Below, piece after piece: positions 36,090 to 45,653 of a DNA stretch of 64,000 bases. The notes beneath the pieces were generated by a model, which worked only from the letters and a program-made list of their open reading frames with translations, was not told the DNA's origin and made no database searches. The DNA lies in contig CAWDDT010000005.1 in the NCBI GenBank assembly GCA_963801165.1, forward strand, positions 288,001 to 352,000, read 5' to 3'. Position 1 is the stretch's first letter, and each line of letters starts with the position of its first letter. The position numbers and the translations under genes were made by a program. The stretch comes from an uncultured bacterium (GTDB lineage Bacteria; Actinomycetota; Acidimicrobiia; Spongiisociales; UBA5794).

Positions 36090-37124
36090 ATGCGCAAGCA
36101 GCTAGCAGTGCTGTTCAGCGTCGTGTTGGCTTTTGCTCTGATCACCACCGCCTGTGGCGGCGATGATTCGGGTGGAGGCGCAGACGTAAACGTCGGTATG
36201 GTCTTCGATATCGGAGGCCGCGGCGACCAGTCGTTCAACGATGCCGCAGCCGCCGGGTTCGACAAGGCTGTCACGGATTTCGGTATCGGGCATTCCGAGG
36301 CATCTGCAAACCAGGACGGCTCCAACCGTGAGGAGCTGCTCAACCTGCAGGCCGACCAGTCCGACCTGGTGATCGGTGTCGGGTTCCTGTTCGCAGAACC
36401 GATGACGAACGCAGCAACCGCAAACCCTGACGTCAACTTCGCCATCGTCGACGACGAGTCGATCGACCTGCCCAACGTGGCCGGTCTGGTGTTCTCCGAA
36501 GAGCAGGGCTCATTCCTCGTCGGCGCGGCGGCGGCGTTGAAGAGCACGAGCGGTCACATCGGGTTCATCGGTGGCGTCAACATGGAGTTGATCCAGAAGT
36601 TCGAGGCCGGCTATGTCGCCGGTGCCCGGGCGGTCAACCCCGACATCGTGATCGATCGTCAGTACATCAGCGAGCCGCCGGACTTCGCCGGCTTCAACGA
36701 CCCGGCGTCGGGCAAGGTCATCGCCCAGTCGATGTTCCAGAGCGGTGCCGACATCGTCTATCACGCCGCCGGCGGATCGGGTGCTGGTCTGTTCCAGGCC
36801 GCCAAGGAATACTCCGACGCTAACGGAACCAAGGTCTGGGCGATTGGCGTCGACTCCGATCAGTACCTCACTGCGGGTACCGACGTGCAGGATTACATCC
36901 TCACTTCGATGCTCAAGCGAGTCGATGTCGCGGTCTACAACACCATTCAGGCTCAGGTCGACGGCAAGTTCACCGCAGGCTCGAACCGATTCGACCTGGC
37001 GGTCGACGGTGTCGGCTACTCCACCAGCGGTGGGTTCATCGATGACATCAAGAGCCAACTCGAGGACTACAAGGCGAAGATCATTTCTGGGGAGATCGTG
37101 GTCCCGACCACGCCCGCCCCGTAA
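36090..37124 (+). CDS. BMP-family ABC substrate-binding lipoprotein (nucleoside type)
   Basis: Lipobox TTA-C, GGRGDQSFN, IGVDSDQ and TSMLKRVD. Start moved to ATG at 36090. Confidence 0.93.
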   Translation: MRKQLAVLFSVVLAFALITTACGGDDSGGGADVNVGMVFDIGGRGDQSFNDAAAAGFDKAVTDFGIGHSEASANQDGSNREELLNLQADQSDLVIGVGFLFAEPMTNAATANPDVNFAIVDDESIDLPNVAGLVFSEEQGSFLVGAAAALKSTSGHIGFIGGVNMELIQKFEAGYVAGARAVNPDIVIDRQYISEPPDFAGFNDPASGKVIAQSMFQSGADIVYHAAGGSGAGLFQAAKEYSDANGTKVWAIGVDSDQYLTAGTDVQDYILTSMLKRVDVAVYNTIQAQVDGKFTAGSNRFDLAVDGVGYSTSGGFIDDIKSQLEDYKAKIISGEIVVPTTPAP

Positions 37125-37154
37125 CCAGGGTCTTCATAGACAGAATCGAAACCT

Positions 37155-37193
37155 GTGTGGGATCGGACTAATGTCCGGTCCCACACCTTTTTT
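37155..37193 (+). terminator. Intercistronic terminator / stabilising hairpin after the BMP gene
   Basis: GTGTGGGATCGGAC-TAAT-GTCCGGTCCCACAC-CTTTTTT. Confidence 0.8.
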
Positions 37194-37211
37194 CTGTTGT
37201 AAGGCGGGCGA

Positions 37212-38738
37212 ATGGCATCGGCAGTCCTACTCGAGGGGATCACCAAGCGGTTCCCCGGGGTGATCGCCAACGATGGGGTGAACCTGGCTGTAGCCGAAGG
37301 TGAGATCCACGCCATCTGCGGGGAAAACGGCGCAGGCAAGTCCACGCTGATGAAGATCCTCTACGGCATGCAACCGGCCGATGAGGGCCGGATGGAGGTG
37401 AACGGCCGGGAGGTGGCCTTCTCCTCCCCAAAGGAAGCCATCGACCTCGGCATCGGGATGGTCCACCAGCACTTCATGCTCGCCGACAACCTCACGGTCT
37501 TGGAGAACGTCATACTCGGCGACGAACCGACCAACCGTGGGGTGATCGACTTCGACGAAGCACGCCGCCACATCGTCGAGGTCGGCGAGAGCTACGGGCT
37601 GACCATCGACCCCGACGATCTCGTCGAGACCCTGGAAGTCGGTGAGCGACAGCGGGTCGAGATCATCAAGGTTCTGTTCCGCGGGGCGAAGATCCTCATC
37701 CTCGACGAGCCGACCGCAGTCCTCGTACCCCAGGAAGTCGAGGAGCTGTTCCGCAACATGCGAGAGCTGAAGGCGGAAGGGCACACCATCCTGTTCATCG
37801 ACCACAAGCTCGACGAGGTACTCGAGATCGCAGACACCATCACCGTGCTGCGCGCCGGCAAGACCGTCGACACGGTGAAGCCCGATCAGGTCACCGCCCG
37901 CGACCTGGCCGAGCTCATGGTTGGTTCCGAGTTGCCGACGCCGGAGACGCGGGAATCAACCGTCACCAGCCACGTCGCTCTCGAAGTGCGAGATCTGGCA
38001 GCAGACGACGACGCCGGCAGCCCCAAGCTGCGCGGGATCAGTCTGAAAGTCCACAAGGGCGAGATCCTCGGGGTCGCCGGAGTGGAGGGCAACGGTCAGA
38101 GCGAGATGGTCGAGGCGGTCCTCGGGATGCGATCGGTCACGCACGGGTCGGTGCTGCTCGAAGGTGAGGACATGGCGAACTGGAATGTCCGCAAACGTCG
38201 TGAGGCCGGAATCGGCTATATCCCCGAAGACCGTACCCGGCGAGGTCTGCTGGCAGGATTCCCGCTCTGGGAAAACGACATGCTCGGGCATCAGAGTATG
38301 GAGCCGTTTGTCCGCAACGGATTCTGGATCACCAAAGATCTGGCGAGGGAGCACACCAAAAAGGTCGTGGAGCAGTTCGACGTCCGCACCCCCAGCGTCG
38401 ATGTCGCCGCCCACGCCCTGTCCGGTGGGAATCAGCAGAAACTGATCGTTGGCAAGGAGATGTCGGCGAATCTGGTGGCTCTCGTGGCCGCCCACCCGAC
38501 CCGGGGCATCGACGTCGGCGCCCAGGCGGCGGTGTGGGAGGAGCTGCGTCACGCGCGCGCTTTGGGCCTCGCCGTCATCCTGATCTCAGCCGATCTGGAG
38601 GAGCTGATCGGGTTGTCCGATCGGCTGGTGGTGATGCTCCGCGGCAACATCGTCGCTGAGCTCGACCCCGCCACGGTGACGCCGCGCGATCTTGGGGCGT
38701 ACATGACAGGGGCGTCGACCCAGGGAGCCGCCGAATGA
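37212..38738 (+). CDS. Nucleoside/sugar ABC transporter ATP-binding protein (two NBDs)
   Basis: GENGAGKST, MVHQHFML, ILDEPT and LSGGNQQK. Confidence 0.93.
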   Translation: MASAVLLEGITKRFPGVIANDGVNLAVAEGEIHAICGENGAGKSTLMKILYGMQPADEGRMEVNGREVAFSSPKEAIDLGIGMVHQHFMLADNLTVLENVILGDEPTNRGVIDFDEARRHIVEVGESYGLTIDPDDLVETLEVGERQRVEIIKVLFRGAKILILDEPTAVLVPQEVEELFRNMRELKAEGHTILFIDHKLDEVLEIADTITVLRAGKTVDTVKPDQVTARDLAELMVGSELPTPETRESTVTSHVALEVRDLAADDDAGSPKLRGISLKVHKGEILGVAGVEGNGQSEMVEAVLGMRSVTHGSVLLEGEDMANWNVRKRREAGIGYIPEDRTRRGLLAGFPLWENDMLGHQSMEPFVRNGFWITKDLAREHTKKVVEQFDVRTPSVDVAAHALSGGNQQKLIVGKEMSANLVALVAAHPTRGIDVGAQAAVWEELRHARALGLAVILISADLEELIGLSDRLVVMLRGNIVAELDPATVTPRDLGAYMTGASTQGAAE

Positions 38739-39865
38739 GAAGGAAGATCTTCTACGTCATGGCTGCCCCGGTCGCCGCAGTCGTAGTGGCGGTCGTCATC
38801 TCCTCGATCGTGCTGCTCGTTGCCGGCGCCAACCCGCTCAGCGCATACGGCAACATGTGGGAGTACGGGACCAGGCTCGAAACCCTCATCGAGACACTCA
38901 ACCGCGCGACTCCGTACTATCTCTCTGGCATCGCTGTTGCGATCGGGTTCCGGATGAACCTGTTCAACATCGGGGTCGAAGGCCAGTACATCCTGGCAGG
39001 AATCGTCGCCGCCAAGGTCGGGGCTTCGATTGATCTGCCGCCGGTGCTCCATGTCACGGTGATCGTCGTGACCGCCATGGCGGTTGGGGCGTTCTGGTCG
39101 GGGTTGGCCGGCTTTCTCAAGGTGACCCGCAACGTCCACGAGGTCATCTCAACCATCATGCTCAACGCCATTGCCGTCGCCGGCATAGTGTCCTACTTGC
39201 TCAGCGTCTGGGACATACCCGACCCGGGTCTCGACACGGCACTCCCCGAGATCCCGAAGAGCGGATGGATGCCGTCGCTCAACCGTTTCGTTGAGCTTTT
39301 CACCCGGGACATCAAGCGGGTCGACCTGTGGGGCTTCATCCTCGTTGCGATCGTTGTCGGCGTTGCCTATCACATCTTGCTCAACCGCACCCGTATCGGA
39401 TACGACCTGCGCGCCTCGGGAGAGAACGCCACCGCAGCACAGGCCGGCGGGGTCGACCCCAAGAGGATGGTCATGACCGCCATGATCGCCGGTGGCGCCG
39501 TCGCCGGACTCGTCGGTCTCCCTGAGTTGCTCGGCAGCTCCCACGCCTACAACCTGCGGTTCACACAGGGTCTCGGATTCGCCGGGATCGCGGTCGCATT
39601 GCTCGGTCGTAACCATGCGGTTGGCGTCGCCATCGGCGCCTTCGTCTTTGCCTGGCTCGACCGAGCATCCGGGGTGTTGGAGGTCCGCGGTGACGCCCCG
39701 CGCGAAATCGTCGCCATCATGCAGGGTGTGATCATCCTGGCGGCCGTTGTCGCCTATGCAGTTGTCGAACGTAAGCGTCGTGCCGAGGAGGCGAGCGCTG
39801 CGGCTGAGGCGACCGCGGCAGCACTTGCCGCCAAGGAGGAGGCCGCAATGGGAGGTGCGACGTGA
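38735..39865 (+). CDS. Nucleoside ABC transporter permease
   Basis: LFNIGVEGQ, HEVISTIMLN and GFAGIAVALLGRN. Confidence 0.92.
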   Translation: MRRKIFYVMAAPVAAVVVAVVISSIVLLVAGANPLSAYGNMWEYGTRLETLIETLNRATPYYLSGIAVAIGFRMNLFNIGVEGQYILAGIVAAKVGASIDLPPVLHVTVIVVTAMAVGAFWSGLAGFLKVTRNVHEVISTIMLNAIAVAGIVSYLLSVWDIPDPGLDTALPEIPKSGWMPSLNRFVELFTRDIKRVDLWGFILVAIVVGVAYHILLNRTRIGYDLRASGENATAAQAGGVDPKRMVMTAMIAGGAVAGLVGLPELLGSSHAYNLRFTQGLGFAGIAVALLGRNHAVGVAIGAFVFAWLDRASGVLEVRGDAPREIVAIMQGVIILAAVVAYAVVERKRRAEEASAAAEATAAALAAKEEAAMGGAT

Positions 39866-41178
39866 GCGACCGTAACCCCGTGCTCCCCGATCTCACCGGC
39901 GCGTACCGCCGTGTGGTTGGTACCCCTGGCAATGGCAACGGCGCTCCCCGGTGGCGCATCTGGGTGCTCGGCGCCTTCGGCATCGTGATGATGCTGTCGA
40001 TCACACAGCAGCTCGCCAAGCTCCCGACATCCGACCTCACTTCCAGCGGCACCTGGTCGATCGCCCTTGGCTGGTCGGTGCCGATCCTCATGGCCGGTCT
40101 GTGCGGCATCTTCTCCGAGCGTACCGGGATCGTCAACATCGGGCTCGAGGGTATGTTGGTGCTCGGCACCTGGTTCGGCGCTTTCGGTACTCTGGTAGGG
40201 GGACCCTGGTGGGGGATGGTCCTTGCCGCAATCGCCGGGGCGTTCGGAGGTCTGCTTCTTGCCCTGGCAACCGTGACGTTCAACGTCGATCACATCATCG
40301 CCGGTGTCGCTATCAACATCATGGCGCCCGGTCTCGCCCGTTTCCTTTCGAGCATCAACTTCCCTGATCGGGGCGGCTCGATCACCCAGTCGCCCACGAT
40401 CGTGGGTGTGAGTAGCTTCAGTGTTCCGGTGCTGGCGGGCGGCACCATCTTTGGCTGGCAAAGCCCTGATGTGCTCGGTCGCATCGAGCGCTGGAATTGG
40501 TTCTTTGTCTCCGACCTGGCCGGGATCCTGCGTGGAATGGTCTCCAATATGTCATGGCTCACCTTCATCGCCATCCTGATCGTCCCCGCAGCCACCTACC
40601 TGCTGTGGAAGACCCGGTTTGGTCTCCGACTACGGAGCTGCGGCGAGAACCCGCACGCCGCCGACTCCCTGGGCGTCAACGTCATCAAGTACAAGTTCCT
40701 CGGTGTGACCATCGGTGGCGCCCTCGCCGGCTTTGGCGGTGGCTTCCTCGCTGTCCAACTCTCCGGCCTCTACCGCGAAGGCCAGACTCTGGGCAAGGGC
40801 TTCATCGGTTTGGCGACGATGATCTTTGGCAACTGGCGCCCCGTGGGAACCGCGCTCGGCGGTCTCCTCTTCGGCTTTGCCGACTCGCTGCGGCTGCGTG
40901 ACCCCCACGCCGTCCATGGTCTGCTGCTGCTCGTGACTCTCGGGTTAGCGATCCTGCTGCTGCGGGCGCTCTACCGGCGCCGGTTCCAGGTCAGCGCCTG
41001 GCTCGCAGGCACGGCCGCGGTGATTCTCACCATCTACCTGAGCACCAACTCGGTCCCCAACCAGCTGCCCAAGATCACACCACACATCGCTGTGCTCGTG
41101 CTGCTGATCTTCGCCAGCCAGCGCCTCCGCATGCCGGCCGCCGACGGCCAGCCTTATCGCAAAGGGGAAGACGCCTGA
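39862..41178 (+). CDS. Nucleoside ABC transporter permease
   Basis: SERTGIVNIGLEGM, GLRLRSCGENP and GFIGLATMIFGNW. Confidence 0.92.
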   Translation: MSDRNPVLPDLTGAYRRVVGTPGNGNGAPRWRIWVLGAFGIVMMLSITQQLAKLPTSDLTSSGTWSIALGWSVPILMAGLCGIFSERTGIVNIGLEGMLVLGTWFGAFGTLVGGPWWGMVLAAIAGAFGGLLLALATVTFNVDHIIAGVAINIMAPGLARFLSSINFPDRGGSITQSPTIVGVSSFSVPVLAGGTIFGWQSPDVLGRIERWNWFFVSDLAGILRGMVSNMSWLTFIAILIVPAATYLLWKTRFGLRLRSCGENPHAADSLGVNVIKYKFLGVTIGGALAGFGGGFLAVQLSGLYREGQTLGKGFIGLATMIFGNWRPVGTALGGLLFGFADSLRLRDPHAVHGLLLLVTLGLAILLLRALYRRRFQVSAWLAGTAAVILTIYLSTNSVPNQLPKITPHIAVLVLLIFASQRLRMPAADGQPYRKGEDA

Positions 41179-41179
41179 C

Positions 41180-41288
41180 CGCCTTCGGAGGTCAGGTTTG
41201 AGTTCGGCCCATGGCCGAACTCAGCCACGGATCGGACTCTTCGCCTTCGGCGGTCAGGTTTGAGTTCGGTCTACGACCGAACTCAGCC
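41180..41288 (+). repeat. Two tandem copies of the family-A palindromic repeat (47 bp, period 62)
   Basis: CGCCTTCGG(A/C)GGTCAGGTTTGAGTTCGG(C/T)C-NNN-G(G/A)CCGAACTCAGCC at 41180-41226 and 41242-41288. Confidence 0.9.
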
Positions 41289-41322
41289 GCGAGGACGTTT
41301 GGGTCAACTGGTTCGATCTCTC

Positions 41323-42513
41323 CTACAAACGGCTACCACTTGGTGACGGCTCGTGATGAGCCCGGGCCCACCCGCCGACGACGGCCACCGCGGCAATTGC
41401 AGCGACCGCCGACAACAGCCACATGAGGTCGTACGAGCCCGTCCGGTCGATGAGAGCACCAAAGATGGCGGGTCCAATACCGAGTCCGCCGAGGAAGCCG
41501 AGCAACACATAACCCGACGCTTTCCCGGTGGATTCGAGACCGGTCTCCACCATCACCGCCAACATCCCAACCGAGATCCACGAGTTGGACCCGGCGGCTA
41601 CCAGTACCGCGGCCGGCCACAGCAGCCAGGCGGCGAACTCACGCGCCCCATAGAACAAACCGGCCGCGATCACCGACAGCAGGCCCATCACCACCAGGGA
41701 CGTACGGAAGGCATCCGTGCGCTCGGCGTACCGACTCCACAGGATCCGGCCGAAGACAGCGACGAAGGCGATGGTCGCCGCGGCGAACCCGCCCGCTACC
41801 GGGCCCCGCCCGAGCGCTTCTTCGGTGAACAGCGGCACCAGAAAGGTGATGGAGCTGGAGAACCCCATCAAGAACCCGTATGCGGTCAGCCACCAGATCG
41901 CCGCAGGCAGGGCCGACGGCCCGGCGGCGCGCACCTCGGCTTCTTCGGTGCTCGCCCGGGGCGGAATGAGTCTTGTGATCGCCACGGCCAGCAGCAACGG
42001 TGCCACAGCAACTATGAGGTAGGCGACCCGCCACCCAAGCGCGATCGCCAGAGAAGGGATGGTCGCCCCACCGAGAAAGATGCCGGCCTGGACGCCCGAC
42101 TGCTTGACGCCGGTGATCACGCCCCTGCGGCCGAGGGGTACGACCTCGGCGATCAGCTTGTTGGTCGCGGGGTTCCCCGAGGCCTGTGAGAAGGCTCCCC
42201 CGATCGCTGCGAGCAGCAGCATGGGATAGGCAAACGCGGTGCCGAGCAACACGTAGGTGACCGAGGCAGTGGCAAAGAGCACCACTAGTGCTGCTCTCCC
42301 CCCGATCCGATCGGTGACTCGACCGGCGATCGGCGACAGCAACGCCGACGCGACGTTGACCACGGCAACGACTATGCCCAATTGGGTGCGGCTGATGCCG
42401 AGGTCGTCGATGATGAACGAGGCGAGGATGCCAAGCGAGGCCGCGGTGAACGTCGCCATCGCCATGGCGGTGAGCATCAACGAGCTGAACAGGATGCGGC
42501 GGTCGCCCCGCAT
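41323..42513 (-). CDS. MFS transporter
   Basis: About 12 TM segments, GRVTDRIGGR motif A and RRGVITGVKQSG. Confidence 0.9.
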   Translation of the reverse strand: MRGDRRILFSSLMLTAMAMATFTAASLGILASFIIDDLGISRTQLGIVVAVVNVASALLSPIAGRVTDRIGGRAALVVLFATASVTYVLLGTAFAYPMLLLAAIGGAFSQASGNPATNKLIAEVVPLGRRGVITGVKQSGVQAGIFLGGATIPSLAIALGWRVAYLIVAVAPLLLAVAITRLIPPRASTEEAEVRAAGPSALPAAIWWLTAYGFLMGFSSSITFLVPLFTEEALGRGPVAGGFAAATIAFVAVFGRILWSRYAERTDAFRTSLVVMGLLSVIAAGLFYGAREFAAWLLWPAAVLVAAGSNSWISVGMLAVMVETGLESTGKASGYVLLGFLGGLGIGPAIFGALIDRTGSYDLMWLLSAVAAIAAVAVVGGWARAHHEPSPSGSRL

Positions 42514-42581
42514 TGTCCCCTCCGAACCGAGGTCGGCCTCACACTACGGGATGCCGAGCGCCGCGACGTCCGGTCCGGAAG

Positions 42582-42609
42582 AAACCCCCGGTCTTCGGAC
42601 CGGGGGTTT
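42582..42609 (-). terminator. Terminator after the bS22 gene
   Basis: AAACCCCCGGTC-TTCG-GACCGGGGGTTT perfect hairpin (+ strand reading). Confidence 0.8.
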
Positions 42610-42612
42610 ACA

Positions 42613-42702
42613 TCACTTCTTCTTATGCCTATTGGCCTTCTGCCGCTTGCGGTATTTGTGCTTCGACATCTTCTTGCGGCGTTTTTTGATCAAAGAACCC
42701 AA
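42613..42702 (-). CDS. bS22-like small ribosomal protein (AURKAIP1/COX24, DUF1713 family), 29 aa
   Basis: TTG start, MGSLIKKRRKKMSKHKYRKRQKANRHKKK. GAGGG SD and downstream terminator. Below the ORF-track length cutoff. Confidence 0.9.
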   Translation of the reverse strand: MGSLIKKRRKKMSKHKYRKRQKANRHKKK

Positions 42703-42874
42703 TTGAACCCTCGGATTTGGCGTGGCGATGAAAGGGGCCGCGGGCGAACCCGACGACTGCAGACCACCATAGGTTCGCAACTTACGCCCAAAATCGCAAG
42801 CTGGACTTGCATTCTGCCGACCAGAGGCCGGCGATCGGCATCAGATCGCGGTAGCCATCGGTCCCCTAGGTAGC

Positions 42875-43714
42875 TCAGCTCCAGCCGGTTTGGGCTACGT
42901 CTAGGACCGTGGCGATCCCTCTTTCGCCCAGGGTCTCCTTCATTGCCGCCACCACCGGCTCGGGATCGGCGGTGACCGCCAGAGCGGTAGGACCGGCGCC
43001 GCTCCAGGCGACGTGAAGCGCTCCGGCCCCACTGGCGGCTTGCATCAGCTCACCTGTGATCGGCGACAACTGCGAGCGGTACTGCTCGTGGATCTCGTCG
43101 CCACCGGCCCGCACCAGGGCTTCCGGATCACCGGTACGGAGCCCCTCGATCAGAAACGCAACCCGGGCGACGTTGCGGGCGGCGGCCTGTCTCGAGATCA
43201 TGTCGGGAAGTGCGGTCCGGGCCTGGGCCGTCTTGAGAGTCTGGTTCGGGATTCCGAACACGAAGGAGAGGTTCGGAGACAACTCGAGCCGGCGCCACAC
43301 TCCATCGGCCGCTGCCACAAGACCGCCGTAGACAGTTGCGGCGGCATTGTCCCCGTGACCCTCGATGCTTGCGACCAGCTCGTAGAGATGCTCCGACCGA
43401 GGCTCCTCCCCGACGGCGCGGAGGGCGGCTGCGGCCGCCGCCACCATCACTGCCGAGCTCGAACCGAGCCCGCGTGATCTCGGGACATCGTTCGTGATGG
43501 TGAGATGCATCGGTCTCCCCACGGCCTCGGAGACCGCGAGACGCACGAAGTCCTCCGGTTTCGGCTCGAATTCGGTGCCGAGCTCGGCGACTATCCACTC
43601 CTCGGAAGGGGTGGCAACAACCCGACAGCGCAACTCGAAGGCGAGCCCGAGACAGTCGAAACCCGGACCGAGATTGGCCGATGATCCGGGGGCGTTCGCC
43701 ATTCCGCTGTTCAT
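42875..43714 (-). CDS. thrB: Homoserine kinase
   Basis: APGSSANLGPGFDCLG, PRSRGLGSS, EGHGDN and SGAGPT. TAGAAT -10 lies 7 nt before ATG at 43714. Confidence 0.92.
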   Translation of the reverse strand: MNSGMANAPGSSANLGPGFDCLGLAFELRCRVVATPSEEWIVAELGTEFEPKPEDFVRLAVSEAVGRPMHLTITNDVPRSRGLGSSSAVMVAAAAAALRAVGEEPRSEHLYELVASIEGHGDNAAATVYGGLVAAADGVWRRLELSPNLSFVFGIPNQTLKTAQARTALPDMISRQAAARNVARVAFLIEGLRTGDPEALVRAGGDEIHEQYRSQLSPITGELMQAASGAGALHVAWSGAGPTALAVTADPEPVVAAMKETLGERGIATVLDVAQTGWS

Positions 43715-43807
43715 CGGGAGGATTCTAGGAGACGGTCGGTCCCCTTTAGCTATCGCTCGCCTCGACGGCCATTCCACAGCAGCCCGTGCGGTTAGCCTTG
43801 ACCAACC

Positions 43808-44698
43808 ATGACACCGGCAATCGTCCTCGATGGGCTCACCAAGTACTACGGCTCCACGCTTGGCGTCGAGGACCTCCATCTCGAGGTCAACGAGGGTGAG
43901 ATCTTCGGGTTCCTCGGGCCAAATGGTGCCGGCAAGAGCACCACGATCTCGACCATCCTCGACTTCATCCGGCCTACACGGGGCACGGCGACGGTACTTG
44001 GTTTCGACAGCAGGCGTGACAGCGTCGCCGTCCACCGTGAGATCGGATATCTGTCGGGCGAGCCGGTGCTGTACGAGAGGATGACCGGCCGCGAGCTCCT
44101 CGGCTATCTGGCGGCTCTGCGCCGTGTCGACGCCGACGCCGAGATCGCGGCACTGGCTGAACGCCTCGACCTCGACCTCGATCGCAGGATCCGGGCCTAC
44201 AGCAGCGGCAACAGACAGAAGGTCGGTCTCATCCAGGCGTTTCTGCACAGACCGCGCCTACTCATCCTCGACGAGCCCACCAATGGTCTAGACCCGATCG
44301 TCCAACACGAGTTCTATGCGCTGCTGCGTGAGGTGCGCGACGAAGGTCGCACCGTGTTTCTATCGTCACACGTCCTTCCCGAGGTCGAGCGGATCACCGA
44401 TAGGGCAGCCATCATCCGCAAGGGCAGGCTCATGGTCGTAGCCGAGATCGAAGAGCTGAAGAGACAGACGCAACGGCGGTTGGAGCTCACGTTCGCCGCA
44501 GCAGTCGATCCGGCGGTGTTCGCCGCACTCGAGACCGTCGGCGCCATTGAGGCGGGCGATCGCACAATCACAGTCACCGTCACCGGTTCGGTCGACCCTG
44601 TGGTGAAACTGGCGGCGAACTACGAGGTTGAAACCATCGTCAGCCACGAGGGCGATCTCGAGTCGGCCTTCCTCGCCTACTACACGGACGGTGATTGA
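43808..44698 (+). CDS. ABC-2 type exporter ATP-binding protein
   Basis: GPNGAGKST, YSSGNRQK, ILDEPT and SSH. Confidence 0.92.
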   Translation: MTPAIVLDGLTKYYGSTLGVEDLHLEVNEGEIFGFLGPNGAGKSTTISTILDFIRPTRGTATVLGFDSRRDSVAVHREIGYLSGEPVLYERMTGRELLGYLAALRRVDADAEIAALAERLDLDLDRRIRAYSSGNRQKVGLIQAFLHRPRLLILDEPTNGLDPIVQHEFYALLREVRDEGRTVFLSSHVLPEVERITDRAAIIRKGRLMVVAEIEELKRQTQRRLELTFAAAVDPAVFAALETVGAIEAGDRTITVTVTGSVDPVVKLAANYEVETIVSHEGDLESAFLAYYTDGD

Positions 44699-45504
44699 TG
44701 CTACGAAGCATCTACGAAGAGACGATCTGGAGCCGCAGAGCCAGCCTGTTGCTGTACGGGCTGGGGATGGCCGCACTGGTCGGCATCACCGTCGGGGTGT
44801 ACCCCACCGTGCGCAGAGACAGCGCCGCCTTCACCCAGCTTCTGCAATCGATGCCCCGGGGCATGCTGTCGTTTCTCGGCAGTTCCGACGTCACCCAGCT
44901 GCTCAGCCCTTCAGGTTTCATCAACAGCCGCGTCAACGCCTCTCTCGGAGCGGTGGTGCTGGCGGTGTTTGCGATCAGCCTGGGCACCGCGGCCATCGCC
45001 GGCGAGGAAGACCGACGTACGATGGATCTGGTCCTGGCGACCCCGACCCCGCGCCGTGCCGTCGTGCTGTCACGCTTCGGCGCCATGGCGACGCTTGTCG
45101 GCATCGTGGCGGGAGTCATCGGGTTGGTGATGGCCGCCGCCAACCCCATCGCCGACCTCGGGTTACCGGTGACTCACATCGTCGCATCCAATCTGGAGTT
45201 GGCGCTGTTGGCGATGGTGTTCGGAGCGCTGGCTCTTGCGGTGGGCGGGCTCACCGGTCGGCGCGGCCTAACCATCGGCGTGAGCGCCGGCGTTACGGTG
45301 GCCGCGTTCTTCGTCAACGGTCTCGCTCCCCTCGTCGACTGGCTCCAGGGTCCGCAGAAGCTGATGCCCTTCTACTGGCTGCAACGCTCCGACCCCCTCG
45401 GTGCAGGTCTGTCGATCCCGGATACCACGATCATGCTGGCCGTCATCGCCGCGTTCGTCCTCCTCGCTCTGTGGGGCTTCGAACGCCGTGACATCTCGGT
45501 GTAG
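44698..45504 (+). CDS. ABC-2 type exporter permease
   Basis: AIAGEEDRRTMDLVLATP, 6 TM segments and C-terminal FERRDI. TGATG coupling. Confidence 0.9.
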   Translation: MLRSIYEETIWSRRASLLLYGLGMAALVGITVGVYPTVRRDSAAFTQLLQSMPRGMLSFLGSSDVTQLLSPSGFINSRVNASLGAVVLAVFAISLGTAAIAGEEDRRTMDLVLATPTPRRAVVLSRFGAMATLVGIVAGVIGLVMAAANPIADLGLPVTHIVASNLELALLAMVFGALALAVGGLTGRRGLTIGVSAGVTVAAFFVNGLAPLVDWLQGPQKLMPFYWLQRSDPLGAGLSIPDTTIMLAVIAAFVLLALWGFERRDISV

Positions 45505-45633
45505 GGCTGGCTTCGGGGGAAGGTCCCTGCGGCGCAGCCGGAAGCAGGGGCGAGCAGTGGTTTCACAGGTTTGGGTGCGGGTAATCCAGAAGGCCCTCAC
45601 CGGCTTCTCTTCGCTCAGCGCCCTCTCCCAGAG
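45505..45633. repeat. Mosaic of degenerate family-C repeats and a family-A half site
   Basis: AGGCCCTCACCGGCTTCTCTTCGCTCAGCGCCCTCTCCC from 45591 and CAGGTTTGGGTGCGG at 45566-45580. Confidence 0.45.
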
Positions 45634-45653
45634 CTAGACGTCACAGGTGGCTC

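Noticed and set aside
41180-41288. Possible mini CRISPR array
   Set aside because: Only two 47-bp units with a 15-nt spacer, further copies are dispersed, and there are no cas genes. Fits a REP-like repeat better.
43715-44248. Long N-terminal extension of ThrB (likewise extensions at 3035, 26801, 48472, 59901, 61100, 61780)
   Set aside because: They overlap real neighbouring genes or the tRNA. Better starts with a -10 or SD exist downstream.
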